This document shows positions 11,743 through 23,044 of a stretch of DNA of 32,030 nt, one piece after another. Made by a program: the position numbers and the translations under genes. The notes beneath the pieces were generated by a model, which saw only the letters and a list, made by a program, of their open reading frames with translations, was not told the origin of the DNA and did no database searches. This DNA comes from Octopus bimaculoides (Eukaryota): positions 8,662,154-8,694,183 of the forward strand of contig NC_068988.1 of the NCBI RefSeq assembly GCF_001194135.2, in the 5' to 3' direction. The first letter of the stretch is position 1. Each line of letters starts with the position of its first letter.

Positions 11743-12435
11743 TACTGTGTCATCCCATAAATAATGCAGTCTTTAAAATTCCATTAACTAAAAGTTGGAG
11801 GAGGATAGGATAAACTACCAGCATCAACTTGCTATAAAAGCAGGTAGTAATTTTACCTTGGCTTATTCTTAGTGCAAGTTTTGAAGAGTGCAGTTCGAGT
11901 TAACAGTTATTTTTTTTTCAAAGCTATAAGGGAAATGACAAAGGGGTATATTCGTCATATTTTGCTTTGTGAGTTCAATAAAGGCCACAACGCAACGGAA
12001 AGTGCGAGGAATATTAATGCAGTATATGGGGGTCGGACGATAAGTGTAAGCCAGTGTCATTGGTGGTTCAGGATATTCCGAGCCGGGAAACACAGCCTAG
12101 AAGACGATCCGCATCCTGGAAGATCTGTAGAGCTCGACGAGGACATCCTGCAAACCCTGGTGGAACAAAATGCCATTCCAACTATTGAGGAACTAGCGGA
12201 GAAGCTTGGATTTGGTCATTTAACCATTCATCAAGTCAGCGCTAGAAGAAAAACGACCATCTTTGGTTTCAAGACGAAAGGTGTTCTTCCTTTAGGATAA
12301 TGCTTTACCACATACAGCCAGGATGACATTCCAAATGCTGGAGCAGTTTGAATGGGAAACGCTGCCCCACCCACTATATTCGCTGGACATTGCTCCGTTT
12401 GATTATAATTTATTCCGCAATCTTCAAGATATCTG
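11743..12435 (+). mobile_element. Internally deleted mariner (DD34D) transposon relic
   Basis: TA followed by a putative left TIR (CTGTGTCATCCCATAAATAATGCAGTCTTT). ATG at 11935 gives MTKGYIRHILLCEFNKGHNATESARNIN..WFRIFRAG..LEDDPHPGR (mariner HTH). After a deletion the frame reads DNALPHTA..LPHPLYSLDIAPFDYNLF, with 34 residues between the two Asp. No right TIR is seen. Confidence 0.92.
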
Positions 12436-12531
12436 TATAAATATTTAAATATGATTTCTGATGAAGCTTTGACTAAGCAATACACGCTTTTTCCTATCAA
12501 ATACTGTCTACAAATTCTTCCTAGATATATG

Positions 12532-12624
<93 letters not shown>

Positions 12625-13499
12625 GTAGATAACAGATATACAATATATTGTTCTTTATGCATAATTAGTAGCAAGTTGTTCGCCAACGGTGGAAAAGTAA
12701 AATATATATTGCATTACATAGATATCAGTATCATTCTAAGACTGAAAAAGCTAAAGCAAAACAAAGCTAAACAAATATATATTCGCGAATAAATTGTTCT
12801 GGTTCCTCTCACGGCATCACAATAAAACTCAGACTAAAAATAATAAAAACTAAAACGACTATGTTAGAAAGCTCAAAACTTTCATTTGTGTGAAATTACA
12901 TAGTATTTTCTCATTTTCTCAAACCAACTTGACAGACTCACCTCACTGCGATTCCCAATACTGAACAAAACATTATTATCATAAAAAAATGTTTTTATTT
13001 TAACTTCAGATATTAATAACTGAACACTGTTTATTCACTGTTTTTGTTCAACTATCTTTGAATTTTGCTATTCTTAGTCACATAGTTTCTCAATTCTTTC
13101 GCTATATAATTCGCCAAAATTAAATGTAAAATACAAATTAAAAAAAACTGCAAATAAACACATTAGCAAACTTCCATTATGTGATACTAAAAATTTTAAA
13201 ATTCTTGGCAAACAAAGATCTTAGTTCCGTTTTCATTTTCAATTTTCTTCCTACCAACAGACTTCCTTTATTTTTTACATTTTTAAACACAGTATAATAT
13301 TAAAACTGCAAATTTTTTCCTAAATAATAGTTATAAAATTATTATAAACTGAATAAAGTTATGAAGATTATTTCAACAAGAAAGCATTATGGATCAAATA
13401 TATTTTTGTGGTAGTTTGAAAATCTTTTCAGCGTGAGTTCTCAAACAAGCGCTATTTATTAAAATTTTCGCATACACTGCGTCATCACCTATTATTTAA

Positions 13500-14230
13500 C
13501 ACACGCATTATTCTTAACACTGTAAAGGCCTGCCACCTCAACAAATGTGATGATAATTCAATAGTATTTGGAAAACAAAAATGTCAACGAACTCAAAGAA
13601 AAAGGTGCTAACACGGCGTGCGAAAAGTGCGAACGTCTATCAACACAGAAAAGTTTTGCTAATACGGCAAATATCTGTTAATGAACAAATATCTTTTAAG
13701 GAAAACTGCAATTAACACTGCAAAGGTCTGCTATGGCAGGAAATTCTGTTAATGCTGGAAATATTTGCTGTCAAAGAAAAGGTCTGTTAACTGCAATATA
13801 CTTGTAATTCGACCCAGCAGATGTTAACGCAACAAACATCAGTTAAAACATGAAAGGTAAGTTAACGGAAAATCGTTCTACTAAAACAGGAAATTTCTAT
13901 TAACACAACGTACTGAAGTCTTGTAACACAACAACAGAGTACTAACATAAAAAATATCGGCTGACATAGTAAACGTCTGATAAAAATACAACTATCTGCT
14001 GACACAACCAAGATCTAATACTTTCACAAAGTGCTTCCAACACAGCTAAAAACTGCTAATAAATCAAGGACGTACTAACTTAGCAAAAGTTTGCTAATAC
14101 AAGAAAACCTCTCAGCACAGTAAACGCTTGCTAAGACAACAGAGGTCCGAAAACTCAACAAGATTCGGTAAAAAATTAATGGTGTGCTAACTCAAAAAAG
14201 CGCTTTCACAGCAAAGATCTTTTTACAATG
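13500..14230 (+). repeat. Degenerate ~19-bp tandem array, forward arm (consensus about AAAGGTCTGCTAACACAGC)
   Basis: Recurring units such as AAAGGTGCTAACACGGC, AAAGTTTTGCTAATACGGC, AAAGGTCTGCTATGGCAG and ACTATCTGCTGACACAAC. A-rich strand. Confidence 0.75.
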
Positions 14231-14254
14231 CAATCACATATTAAAATGTCAGCC

Positions 14255-15450
14255 AGGCTTTGTTGTGAAAAAGGTCTCCTTTGCTATGGTACAAGATCAT
14301 GCTACATTTAGTAGTACATTTCTGTGCAGGCACACCTTCGCTGTGTTAGCAGATATTTTGCTGTTTCAGCAGAATTCTGCTGTGTTAGCTGACCTTTGCT
14401 GTATTAGCACCTTCTTTATCGTGTTGCAAGACCTTTACTGTGATACCAGGCCTTTGCTTTATTAGTAAACATTTGCCGAATTAACACAATTTTCTCTGGT
14501 AGCAAGACTTCGCACAGTTAACTGAACTTTTCGGTGTCGCTTTAAGAGATGTTGATGATTAACAAAAAACTCATTTTTTTACTGTTTTAATAGTTGTTTG
14601 CAGTTTTTATTGACCTTTGCAATGTTAACGCGTTTTTTGGAGTCATTGGATTGTTGCTTTGTTTCCTGAACATTACTGAGTTATTGTGTTAAATGATACT
14701 TTTTGTTAGGATACATGTCTTTCATTAGCAAATATTTGCAGAGTTTATATATCTTTGATTTATCAGCAGTTATTAGCCGTGATGGAAAAACCTTTTCTGT
14801 CTCAGCAGATCCTAGTCGCATTAGCAGAAATTTATGCGTACATCTGAATATTTGCGGTATTCGGCAATATTTAACACTTCCTGTGATGCATTACAAAACT
14901 TTTCATTTCTAGAAGAAAATGTCTTTGCAAACATACCTTCACTGTGACAGAAATAATTTTTCATTTTAGTAGAATATATGATGTTAAGTGAAATCTGATG
15001 TGTTAACTGAAATTTCCGGTGCTATTACCACCTTTGCTGAGTTGGCAGACCGTTCCTTGTGAGCAAACACTCGCTGTCTTAACTGAATCTCTTGTAATTT
15101 CAGGAGATGCAGTGTGAGCTGGAATGTTTCTTATGAACAGATATTTCTTGATTTAATCGAAAATTCCTGTGGTAGCAGAATTTTGTAGTGGCGGTATATG
15201 TTTTCACTGTTAGTATACCTTGCCACAAAGCACCTTATTTTTGAGTCGGAGGACCAACGTTTTGTTTGCTGAAAATTATCTTTGTATTTACAGAATTTTG
15301 TCGTTTTAATAGACGTTTGCTGTGTTAGAATTTTACTGTGTTAAATAATATTTGATATTAGTCAACCTTTCAGTGTTAGTTCCTCGTTTTTTGAGTCAGC
15401 AGACATATTTTTTTGCCGAATATTATTGAGCTACCAGAACATGCTATGTT
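14255..15450 (-). repeat. Degenerate ~19-bp tandem array, inverted arm (consensus on + about GCTGTGTTAGCAGACCTTT)
   Basis: Consecutive units from about 14340: GCTGTGTTAGCAGATATTTT, GCTGTTTCAGCAGAATTCT, GCTGTGTTAGCTGACCTTT, GCTGTATTAGCACCTTCTTT, ATCGTGTTGCAAGACCTTT, ACTGTGATACCAGGCCTTT. T-rich strand and the reverse complement of the forward-arm unit. Confidence 0.8.
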
Positions 15451-16003
15451 ACAAGGTGTTGTTTAGGTTACAATAGGACAATCCTTGAAATAAAACGCCA
15501 AGTTCGGATACAAAAGGTGGAGTTCAGAAGCTCACCGCATGGAAAGTGAAGACCTGGAGTGTAAAAAAATTACCCGGCATAGAAAAGCTGATGATAAACT
15601 GAAAGAAATGCATCTTATTCGAGACAACGCAAAGAAGTTATAAGAATCAATCCGAATTGCATCGCAACGTCGAAGCTTTTGGGGAAGAAGAGAAATTTTT
15701 GCTGACATTGAATAAAGTGCTAAAACGTTATGCAAATTAGTGGCCCCAGTTTTGTGTAGGTACTGAAATTGATAAGTGTGTTAACAAATTGGCTGTTCGT
15801 TTGTCTGGGATTAGTCAAGTCAACGTTGACATCTCTGACGCTAACTCAGTATGGTTCAAAAATCGATTAAAACTGTTCACCTACACACATGCATATGCGT
15901 GTGTGTATATATATATATATATATATGTATATGTGTATATACTAACGCACACACGCATAAAAACACACACTCACACACACATGCAAATATATATCCATCC
16001 ATC

Positions 16004-16055
<52 letters not shown>

Positions 16056-16679
16056 NNNNNNNNNNNNNNNNNNNNNNNNNNNNNNNNNNNNNNNNNNNNN
16101 NNNNNNNNNNNNNNNNNNNNNNNNNNNNNNNNNNNNNNNNNNNNNNNNNNNNNNNNNNNNNNNNNNNNNNNNNNNNNNNNNNNNNNNNNNNNNNNNNNNN
16201 NNNNNNNNNNNNNNNNNNNNNNNNNNNNNNNNNNNNNNNNNNNNNNNNNNNNNNNNNNNNNNNNNNNNNNNNNNNNNNNNNNNNNNNNNNNNNNNNNNNN
16301 NNNNNNNNNNNNNNNNNNNNNNNNNNNNNNNNNNNNNNNNNNNNNNNNNNNNNNNNNNNNNNNNNNNNNNNNNNNNNNNNNNNNNNNNNNNNNNNNNNNN
16401 NNNNNNNNNNNNNNNNNNNNNNNNNNNNNNNNNNNNNNNNNNNNNNNNNNNNNNNNNNNNNNNNNNNNNNNNNNNNNNNNNNNNNNNNNNNNNNNNNNNN
16501 NNNNNNNNNNNNNNNNNAGACAGAGACAGAGAGACAGAGAGAGAAAGAGAGAGAGGAGGGAAAGAGATAGATAGATAGATATGTATGTATATATGTAGGT
16601 AGGCTGGTAGAAAGATATATCCATTGACATTAAGTACTGGAATAAGTATTTGGATAAGAAATCATTCACTAAATTCCAT

Positions 16680-16750
16680 TACGAGCAATGCTCCAGCATG
16701 AGCGCAATCCAATGACTGAAATGAATAAAAGAATAAAAGAATAAAAGAAC
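16680..16750 (+). mobile_element. SINE family B, 3' tail fragment
   Basis: ATGCTCCAGCATG..GCAATCCAATGACTGAAA followed by an (ATAAAAGA)n tail. Confidence 0.6.
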
Positions 16751-17074
16751 TGAAGAATAGAAGAACGTTGTTAGTTGTTAGTCACGTGAAGATATCTTAT
16801 TGAATTCAACATGGTGTCGCTATTTCTTTTTGTCACAACTCTGTGATATATAATGGAGAATCTTGCCATTATATGTGGGCGGAATTAATAATTATCGGTC
16901 GAAGAATAAAAACAGATCTGGCAATCAGATCTATTGCTTGCAAACCTTGTTTGTAATTCTTCGTCTTTGCTGAAATTGCGATGTAGTGGATGGAATAATA
17001 TGGCGGACCATGGCGTTGTGTCAAATTTGAATCTACGTATTAATAAGATCTCAAATTATATATGTATGTGAGAG

Positions 17075-17253
17075 AATATACAAATAATAACAACAGACGA
17101 GGACAGGTGGTGGAAATAACAAAAGTATATATTAGTATGACGCTCGGGAATACGGAAAGTCTTTGACGTTTCGAGCTACGCTCTTCAACAGAAAGAATAC
17201 GGAGACAAGGAGAAAAACACGGAGAAAAAAAATTGAATAGTGTTCAGTCAACG
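17075..17253 (-). mobile_element. Penelope-like element terminal (pseudo-LTR) fragment
   Basis: Non-coding segment carrying a minimal hammerhead motif of the kind known from Penelope-like elements. The assignment rests on that motif. Confidence 0.55.
17160..17196 (-). ncRNA. Minimal type I hammerhead ribozyme motif (Penelope-type, CUGUUGA core variant)
   Basis: Minus-strand RNA reads UCUUU-CUGUUGA-A-GAGC-GUA-GCUC-GAA-ACGU-C-AAAGA. Stem I is UCUUU/AAAGA, stem II is GAGC/GCUC, stem III is the palindrome ACGU, and the cleavage triplet is GUC. Confidence 0.7.
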
Positions 17254-17904
17254 GTATATATATATATATATAAATATATATATATTTATATGTATATATA
17301 TATTATATATATATATGCATATATATATGTATGTATATGTATGTATATATTATGCATGTGTGTGTGTATGTAGACATATGCATGTGTGTATGTATATATA
17401 TGTGTGTGTTTGTTTGTATGTATGCATGTATGTATGTATGTATCTATATGTGTATATATATATATATATATGTATGTATATATGTATATATGTATATATG
17501 TATATATGCGTGCTTTTCTGGATGTATATGTGTTGACATATGTATGTGAGCGTGTTGATGTGTGTGTATATATGCGCATATATAGTATATGTACGTAAGT
17601 ATGCATACGCACACGCAAACACACACACACATACACACACACACAAATCATACATACGTGTTTAACCTCTCCGCACACGTCCTACACTTCCTCATCACCT
17701 TTAGCCTCTTTGTCTTCGCCTCTTCGCCTCACGTTCCATCATGCAAACAACTTCGCTCTAAACACGTAACGAATGCAGGCACACTGACGTCATTCCCCTC
17801 TTCCCTCTCTCCTACCATTCACACTTTACAAACTAATTACGTCTTTACACGTAAATATCCCACTACCACCACCACCACCACCACACACACATGCAAATAC
17901 TAAT

Positions 17905-18113
17905 CCCTTCATGCTCAATGCAGACCTGAAAATTTTGGCCAAGGTGTTAGCCAAGCGGTTGGCGCTTGTCATCGAGAAACTGATCGGCAAGGCGCAAACG
18001 TGCGCCGTGCCGGGCAGGAGCATCCATGACAACCTCCATCTGATGCGCTACATCATAGAGCGGGTAGTTAAGGAACCTGGCATGGGTGGGGCCCTGATCA
18101 ATTTAGATCAATC

Positions 18114-18118
<5 letters not shown>
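17905..18118 (+). pseudogene. Tx1/L1-clade LINE reverse transcriptase fragment
   Basis: Open frame LNADLKILAKVLAKRLALVIEKLIGKAQTCAVPGRSIHDNLHLMR..ALINLDQSK covers conserved non-LTR RT motifs, ending at the LD..KAFD motif. Confidence 0.92.
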
Positions 18119-18180
<62 letters not shown>

Positions 18181-18496
18181 GTGTGTATATATATTAGAAT
18201 AGATTAGTTGATCTGGAAAGTATTGTCTGATAATAAATTAAATCAAAACTTGTTGAAAGGTCGAAAAAATGCGAAATGAAATACAAAAGTGAAAATAGAA
18301 CAACAGTTGAAATTTTACCTTGTATTTCGATATTGTGGTTGTTAGAACCTTTCTGAGGATGGAATAAACCCATTATCGTTGTTGAGATGTGTGTCAGACG
18401 ATAGTGACGTATGCAGACTGGTGCCGTTATTATCACCTGTCTACTTCGCGTCGTTCGTTCCGACTGTTAAGTGTTGGTTTCAATCTATTAATTATA

Positions 18497-18690
18497 TTTT
18501 ATCTTTTATCTTTTACTTGTTTCAGTCATTAGACTGCAGCCATGCTGGGGTACCACCTGGAAGAATTTTTAGTCAAGTGAATCTAATCCCAGTACTCAAT
18601 TTTTTTGCTAAACTTGATACATATTCTCTCGGTCTCGATACGAGGGACGTAAACACACCAACACCGGTTGTCAAGCTATGGTGGTGTACA

Positions 18691-18749
<59 letters not shown>

Positions 18750-18759
18750 NNNNNNNNNN

Positions 18760-18793
<34 letters not shown>

Positions 18794-18947
18794 CGGGCTT
18801 CTTTCTGTTTCCGTCTACCAAATCCACTCACAAGGCTTCGGTCGGTCCGAGTCTATAGTAGATGACACTTGCCGAAGATGGCATGCAGTGGGACTGAACC
18901 CAGGACCATGTGGTTGGGAAGCAAGCTTGTTACCACAAAAGCACGCC
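18497..18947 (-). mobile_element. SINE family B, full-length with internal (CA)n
   Basis: Head, body, internal microsatellite and tail are colinear with 23983-24428. Confidence 0.9.
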
Positions 18948-18956
18948 GACACCTTA

Positions 18957-19360
18957 TTAGAATAGTCTCCTTGCTTCAAAAGCTGCTTGTGTTACATTAC
19001 GTAGGTCTGATGAAAACTGTAAAGTCCCGCGTCTGGCCCTTCTCTTGGCGTTTATGAATTTGGCGTTTGGGGTGTGTATTTGTTCTTTGATGCACACGTG
19101 CCGTTTTCTGGTGCTACTCCCGATATAGAATGAACCCCGTTTGCTACTGGCTACCTCGTATACGGCGTACGACCTCGAACACATTTGAAAGTTGTTGATG
19201 GGGCAACGGGCAGAGTGTACCCCACTATGTTCTTTGTGGCACGACTTTTGGACAGGGATTTCTCAGGATTGGACCGGAGAGCGCCATGTGTATGTTTAGA
19301 CCCTGCTTGTGGATCACAAGATGGATTGCAGTAGTGGGCCTGTCGTCAATGTTTTGGGCA
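18957..19360 (-). pseudogene. Penelope-like GIY-YIG endonuclease relic
   Basis: Frame reads CPINNFQMCSRSYAVYEVASSKRGSFYIGSSTRKRHVCIKEQIH, matching the V-Y..Y-I-G..T-R..R..E-H layout of GIY-YIG domains with degenerate Cys residues. Confidence 0.75.
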
Positions 19361-19363
19361 AAG

Positions 19364-19482
19364 CCATTTTAAAGAAATGAAACCATTTTAAAGAAATGAA
19401 ACCATTTTAAAGAAATGAAATCATTTTTAAGAAATGAAACCATTTTAAAGAAATGAAACCATTTTTAAGAAATGAAAACCAT
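19364..19482 (+). repeat. 19-bp minisatellite (CCATTTTAAAGAAATGAAA), about 6 copies
   Basis: Six near-identical units plus a partial CCAT. Confidence 0.95.
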
Positions 19483-19774
19483 AGCGTATAATATACTTTT
19501 AGATATATGTTTGGAAGAAAGAAAAAACAAAGCTAAAAGAAGAGGTCGTGGATAAATGACCTTTGGTCATAGAACTGCTCGATCATGTTTGAGCTTGGAT
19601 TAAACAACAACAACAACAAGTTCGTCAATGACTCAAAGAAGTTAATGATTTAACCAGCTTCGAATCCTACCACTAAAAGATATTGAAAAGCTAAATATAT
19701 AAGTATAAATAAAAATAAACAATGAACGATAATAGATAGAAAAATAAATAAATGATAAAAACAAAGATTGGAGA

Positions 19775-19858
<84 letters not shown>

Positions 19859-20124
19859 TATTTGTATTCGGAGGAAATTTTTAAAACGATGAGATTGTTT
19901 ATTAGAAGAATCTTTATTTACCGTTTTAGATTGTGAAATTCTTGCTGAGATGTGGAACCAGGGAGTTCGCCGGAGAACTAAGTGATTCCGCTTCGGACAT
20001 CTTCTATAAACAACAACCTCTGTGACATTTAAGTTGTTCTGCCAGACTTTATCGATTTTGGTTTGTTGCAGTAAAAAGACAAAGTTCGCACCACTTAGGT
20101 TTTTCTTTATGACAATGAATCTAT

Positions 20125-20206
20125 ATCGTGTTGTTGTTGTAATTGTTGTTGTTGCTGTTGTTGTTGTTGTTGTAATTGTTGTTGTTGCTGTTGTTGTTGT
20201 TGTTGC

Positions 20207-20239
<33 letters not shown>

Positions 20240-20521
20240 CTAACTGTGAAATTCTAAATATAACGATTATTTATAAATTTTTCTTTTTTTAAATTGAACC
20301 GAACCGAACCCGTAATCCGGCTAATAATGCCGATCATCATCACTATCTTCGTCGTCGCCGTCGTCATCGTCATCATCGTCATCATCATCATCATCATCAC
20401 CACTACTGCCACAATCTTCCCCTGCCTCATCAGCATAGCCGTTGTCTCTCTGTCATCATCATCTCCATTACCAACACCTTTTCCACCACCAGCATCACCA
20501 CCACCGCCGCCGCCGCCGCCG

Positions 20522-20554
<33 letters not shown>

Positions 20555-20570
20555 TCATCACCATCACCAC

Positions 20571-20616
<46 letters not shown>

Positions 20617-20630
20617 GTCGTCGTCGTCAC
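20125..20630. repeat. (GTT)n, (CAT)n, (CAC)n and (CGC)n trinucleotide repeats
   Basis: Direct reading. Confidence 0.9.
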
Positions 20631-21159
20631 CGGAGCCAGTAAATGGTCGCTCGATCTGACGGAAACGGAGAGCTATTTTCATCTGGATGCATGGTTTAAA
20701 AGGGGTTCGCTTGGTAACCGCGTGGTTCACAGTTCGATCCCCCCCAACTCTCGCTTCACCTTACGACAAACATATTCTACCGCAGCATTGAATGGTTGAC
20801 CAAAGACTTGACTGGACATCGATGGAGGAAAACAGTCCTTGTCCTAACACACACACACATACACACACATTCACACACACACATGCACAAACATTCACAT
20901 ACACACATGCACCTACATTTACACACACATACACACACATTCACACACACATGCACACACACATTTGTTGTATGTGGCTTATTTCAGGTTTATTTCTTAC
21001 TTTTCTCGTTTCTTTAATTCATACACACCTAAAATTATAACACCGGCTACTTGTTGATACGTTGTGCACTCTCAGTGTTAGAACAATTCTCGCTTGGATG
21101 CACTAAAAGTTTATTACCTCGCTTTATGTATAGCTGTCTATCTACTACTACTACTACTG

Positions 21160-21218
<59 letters not shown>

Positions 21219-21456
21219 GCAACACATTTATTTTAGTTTGTGTCTCTCTCTTACTCCCTTTCCTCTCTCTCCATTTACACACATATACATACACACATAC
21301 ACACACGCGCACATATTTAAACACACACACACACACACACACACATACATATTTATATATACATACTTATATGCATACGTACATATGTATGTATGTATGT
21401 ATGTATGTATNNNNNNNNNNNNNNNNNNNNNNNNNNNNNNNNNNNNNNNNNNNNNN

Positions 21457-21890
21457 TATGCAGCCATGATTGTGTGGTAAGAAGCTTGCTTCCCAACCAC
21501 ATGGTTCTGGGTTCAGTCCCACTGTGTGGCACCTTGGGCAAGTATCTTGTACTATAGTCTCGGGCAGACCAAAGCCTTGTGAGTGGATTTGGTAGACTGA
21601 AAGAAGCCCGTTATATATAGATATAGATATGTGTTTATGTGTGCGTGTGTATGTGTGTGCACAGCTATGTGTGTGCGACATTGTGTCTGTGTTTGTTCCC
21701 CACCACCGTTTGACAACCGGTGCTGGTGTGTTTACGGCTCCGTAATCTTGAAGTTCGGCAAAATTGATCGATAGAATAAGCTACCAGGCTTTAGAAAAAC
21801 GGTGCCGATGTCGATTCGTTCAACTAAAAATTCTTCACTGCGGTGCCCCAGCATGGCCGCAATCTGATTACCGAAGCAAGTAAACGAGAA
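21457..21890 (+). mobile_element. SINE family B, near full-length
   Basis: Head, CACCTTGGGCAAGT CORE-like segment, internal (TG)-rich tract and CAGCATGGCCGCA tail. Confidence 0.9.
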
Positions 21891-22184
21891 GCGATAAAAG
21901 AGTCAAAGGGAAGGATGGTCACAAATGGAACGCGCCGATCATGTCTGCTTAAATATGGCTGATCAACGGATGAATAGCAACAACCAGAAATGAATCCACG
22001 CATGAGGAATCCTCTGCGTCAGTGATTTTGAAACTTACTCCTCCCAGTCACCTATGCCGTATAATGTATTTCATCATTTACCCTCTTGCTCATGCGCAAA
22101 AATAGACACTAAATCATCTTTCAATATATAAAAGCCTGTGTTATTACTGTGAAGGTGCAAGGCTCACTAGTTATAGTGTTCGGT

Positions 22185-22880
22185 TCACAAGAAGACAGTC
22201 ATCCTCACTCAGGAGGGCACAGTGAAAGGCCATATCAAGCTTGATGACAAAGAGCTTGAGACAGTGGACAGGTTCTGTTATCTAGGGTCTACCATTTCCT
22301 CTACTGCTTCACTTGGTGATGAGATTAATGTCAAGATAGGGAAGATGGCAGCAACAACTTTTGGAAGGCTGACAAAACGAGTATGGAAGAAGAAGAGATT
22401 AGACATCAAGACAAAGATCAGGATTTACGAAGTATGTGTTCTCAGCACACTCCTCTATGGATCTAAAATATGGACCTTTTACAGCAGACAGGAAAGGTGC
22501 CTCGGCATTTTCCATCTCAGATGCCTCCGCAAGATCTTAGGCCTAACATGGCGCGACAAGGTCACCAATGTTGAAGTGCTGGCCCAGGAGAATCTTCAAA
22601 GCATGACAGCTATCTTGTGTATGAGAAGACTGAGGTGGCTGAGGCATGTCAGGAGAATGGATGACCATCGAATCTCGAAGCAACTGCTCTATGGAGGACT
22701 GGCCCAGGGCAATAGACCAAGAGGAAGACCAAAACTGAGGTATAAGGACACTTGCAAAACTAGTTTGTCCAAGTGTGAGGTGGATGTCGGCACCTGGGAA
22801 GAGAGGGCTGAGGACAGAACAACATGGAGGACTGTGGTGAAGGAAGGAACTGCTTCGCTGGAGCGCAGCTACAGAAACAC
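22185..22880 (+). pseudogene. RTE-clade LINE, 5'-truncated C-terminal RT region
   Basis: Open frame LETVDRFCYLGSTIS..AATTFGRLTKRVW..TKIRIYEVCVLSTLLYGS..FHLRCLRKILGLTWRDKVTN..RRLRWLRHVRRM..KQLLYG..RPRGRPKLRYKD..AEDRTTWR contains hallmark RTE motifs. Confidence 0.95.
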
Positions 22881-22948
22881 ACGCACAGACACACAAACAC
22901 ACACATACACAAACACACACGCACACAAACACACATTCACACAAACAT

Positions 22949-23035
<87 letters not shown>

Positions 23036-23044
23036 AAACACATA

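Noticed and set aside
13500-15450. CRISPR-like or repeat-protein interpretation of the 19-bp arrays
   Set aside because: There are no unique spacers between conserved repeats, no cas genes, the context is eukaryotic, the period is not a multiple of 3, and frames are closed.
18353-18385. CTGAGGA-TGG..CCA resembling a hammerhead core and stem II
   Set aside because: It is followed by TTATC instead of GAAA, and there is no stem III or cleavage triplet.
20705-20760. GCTTGGTAACCGCGTGGTTCACAGTTCGATCCC B-box-like remnant
   Set aside because: Probably an old SINE head, but too short and diverged to annotate with confidence.
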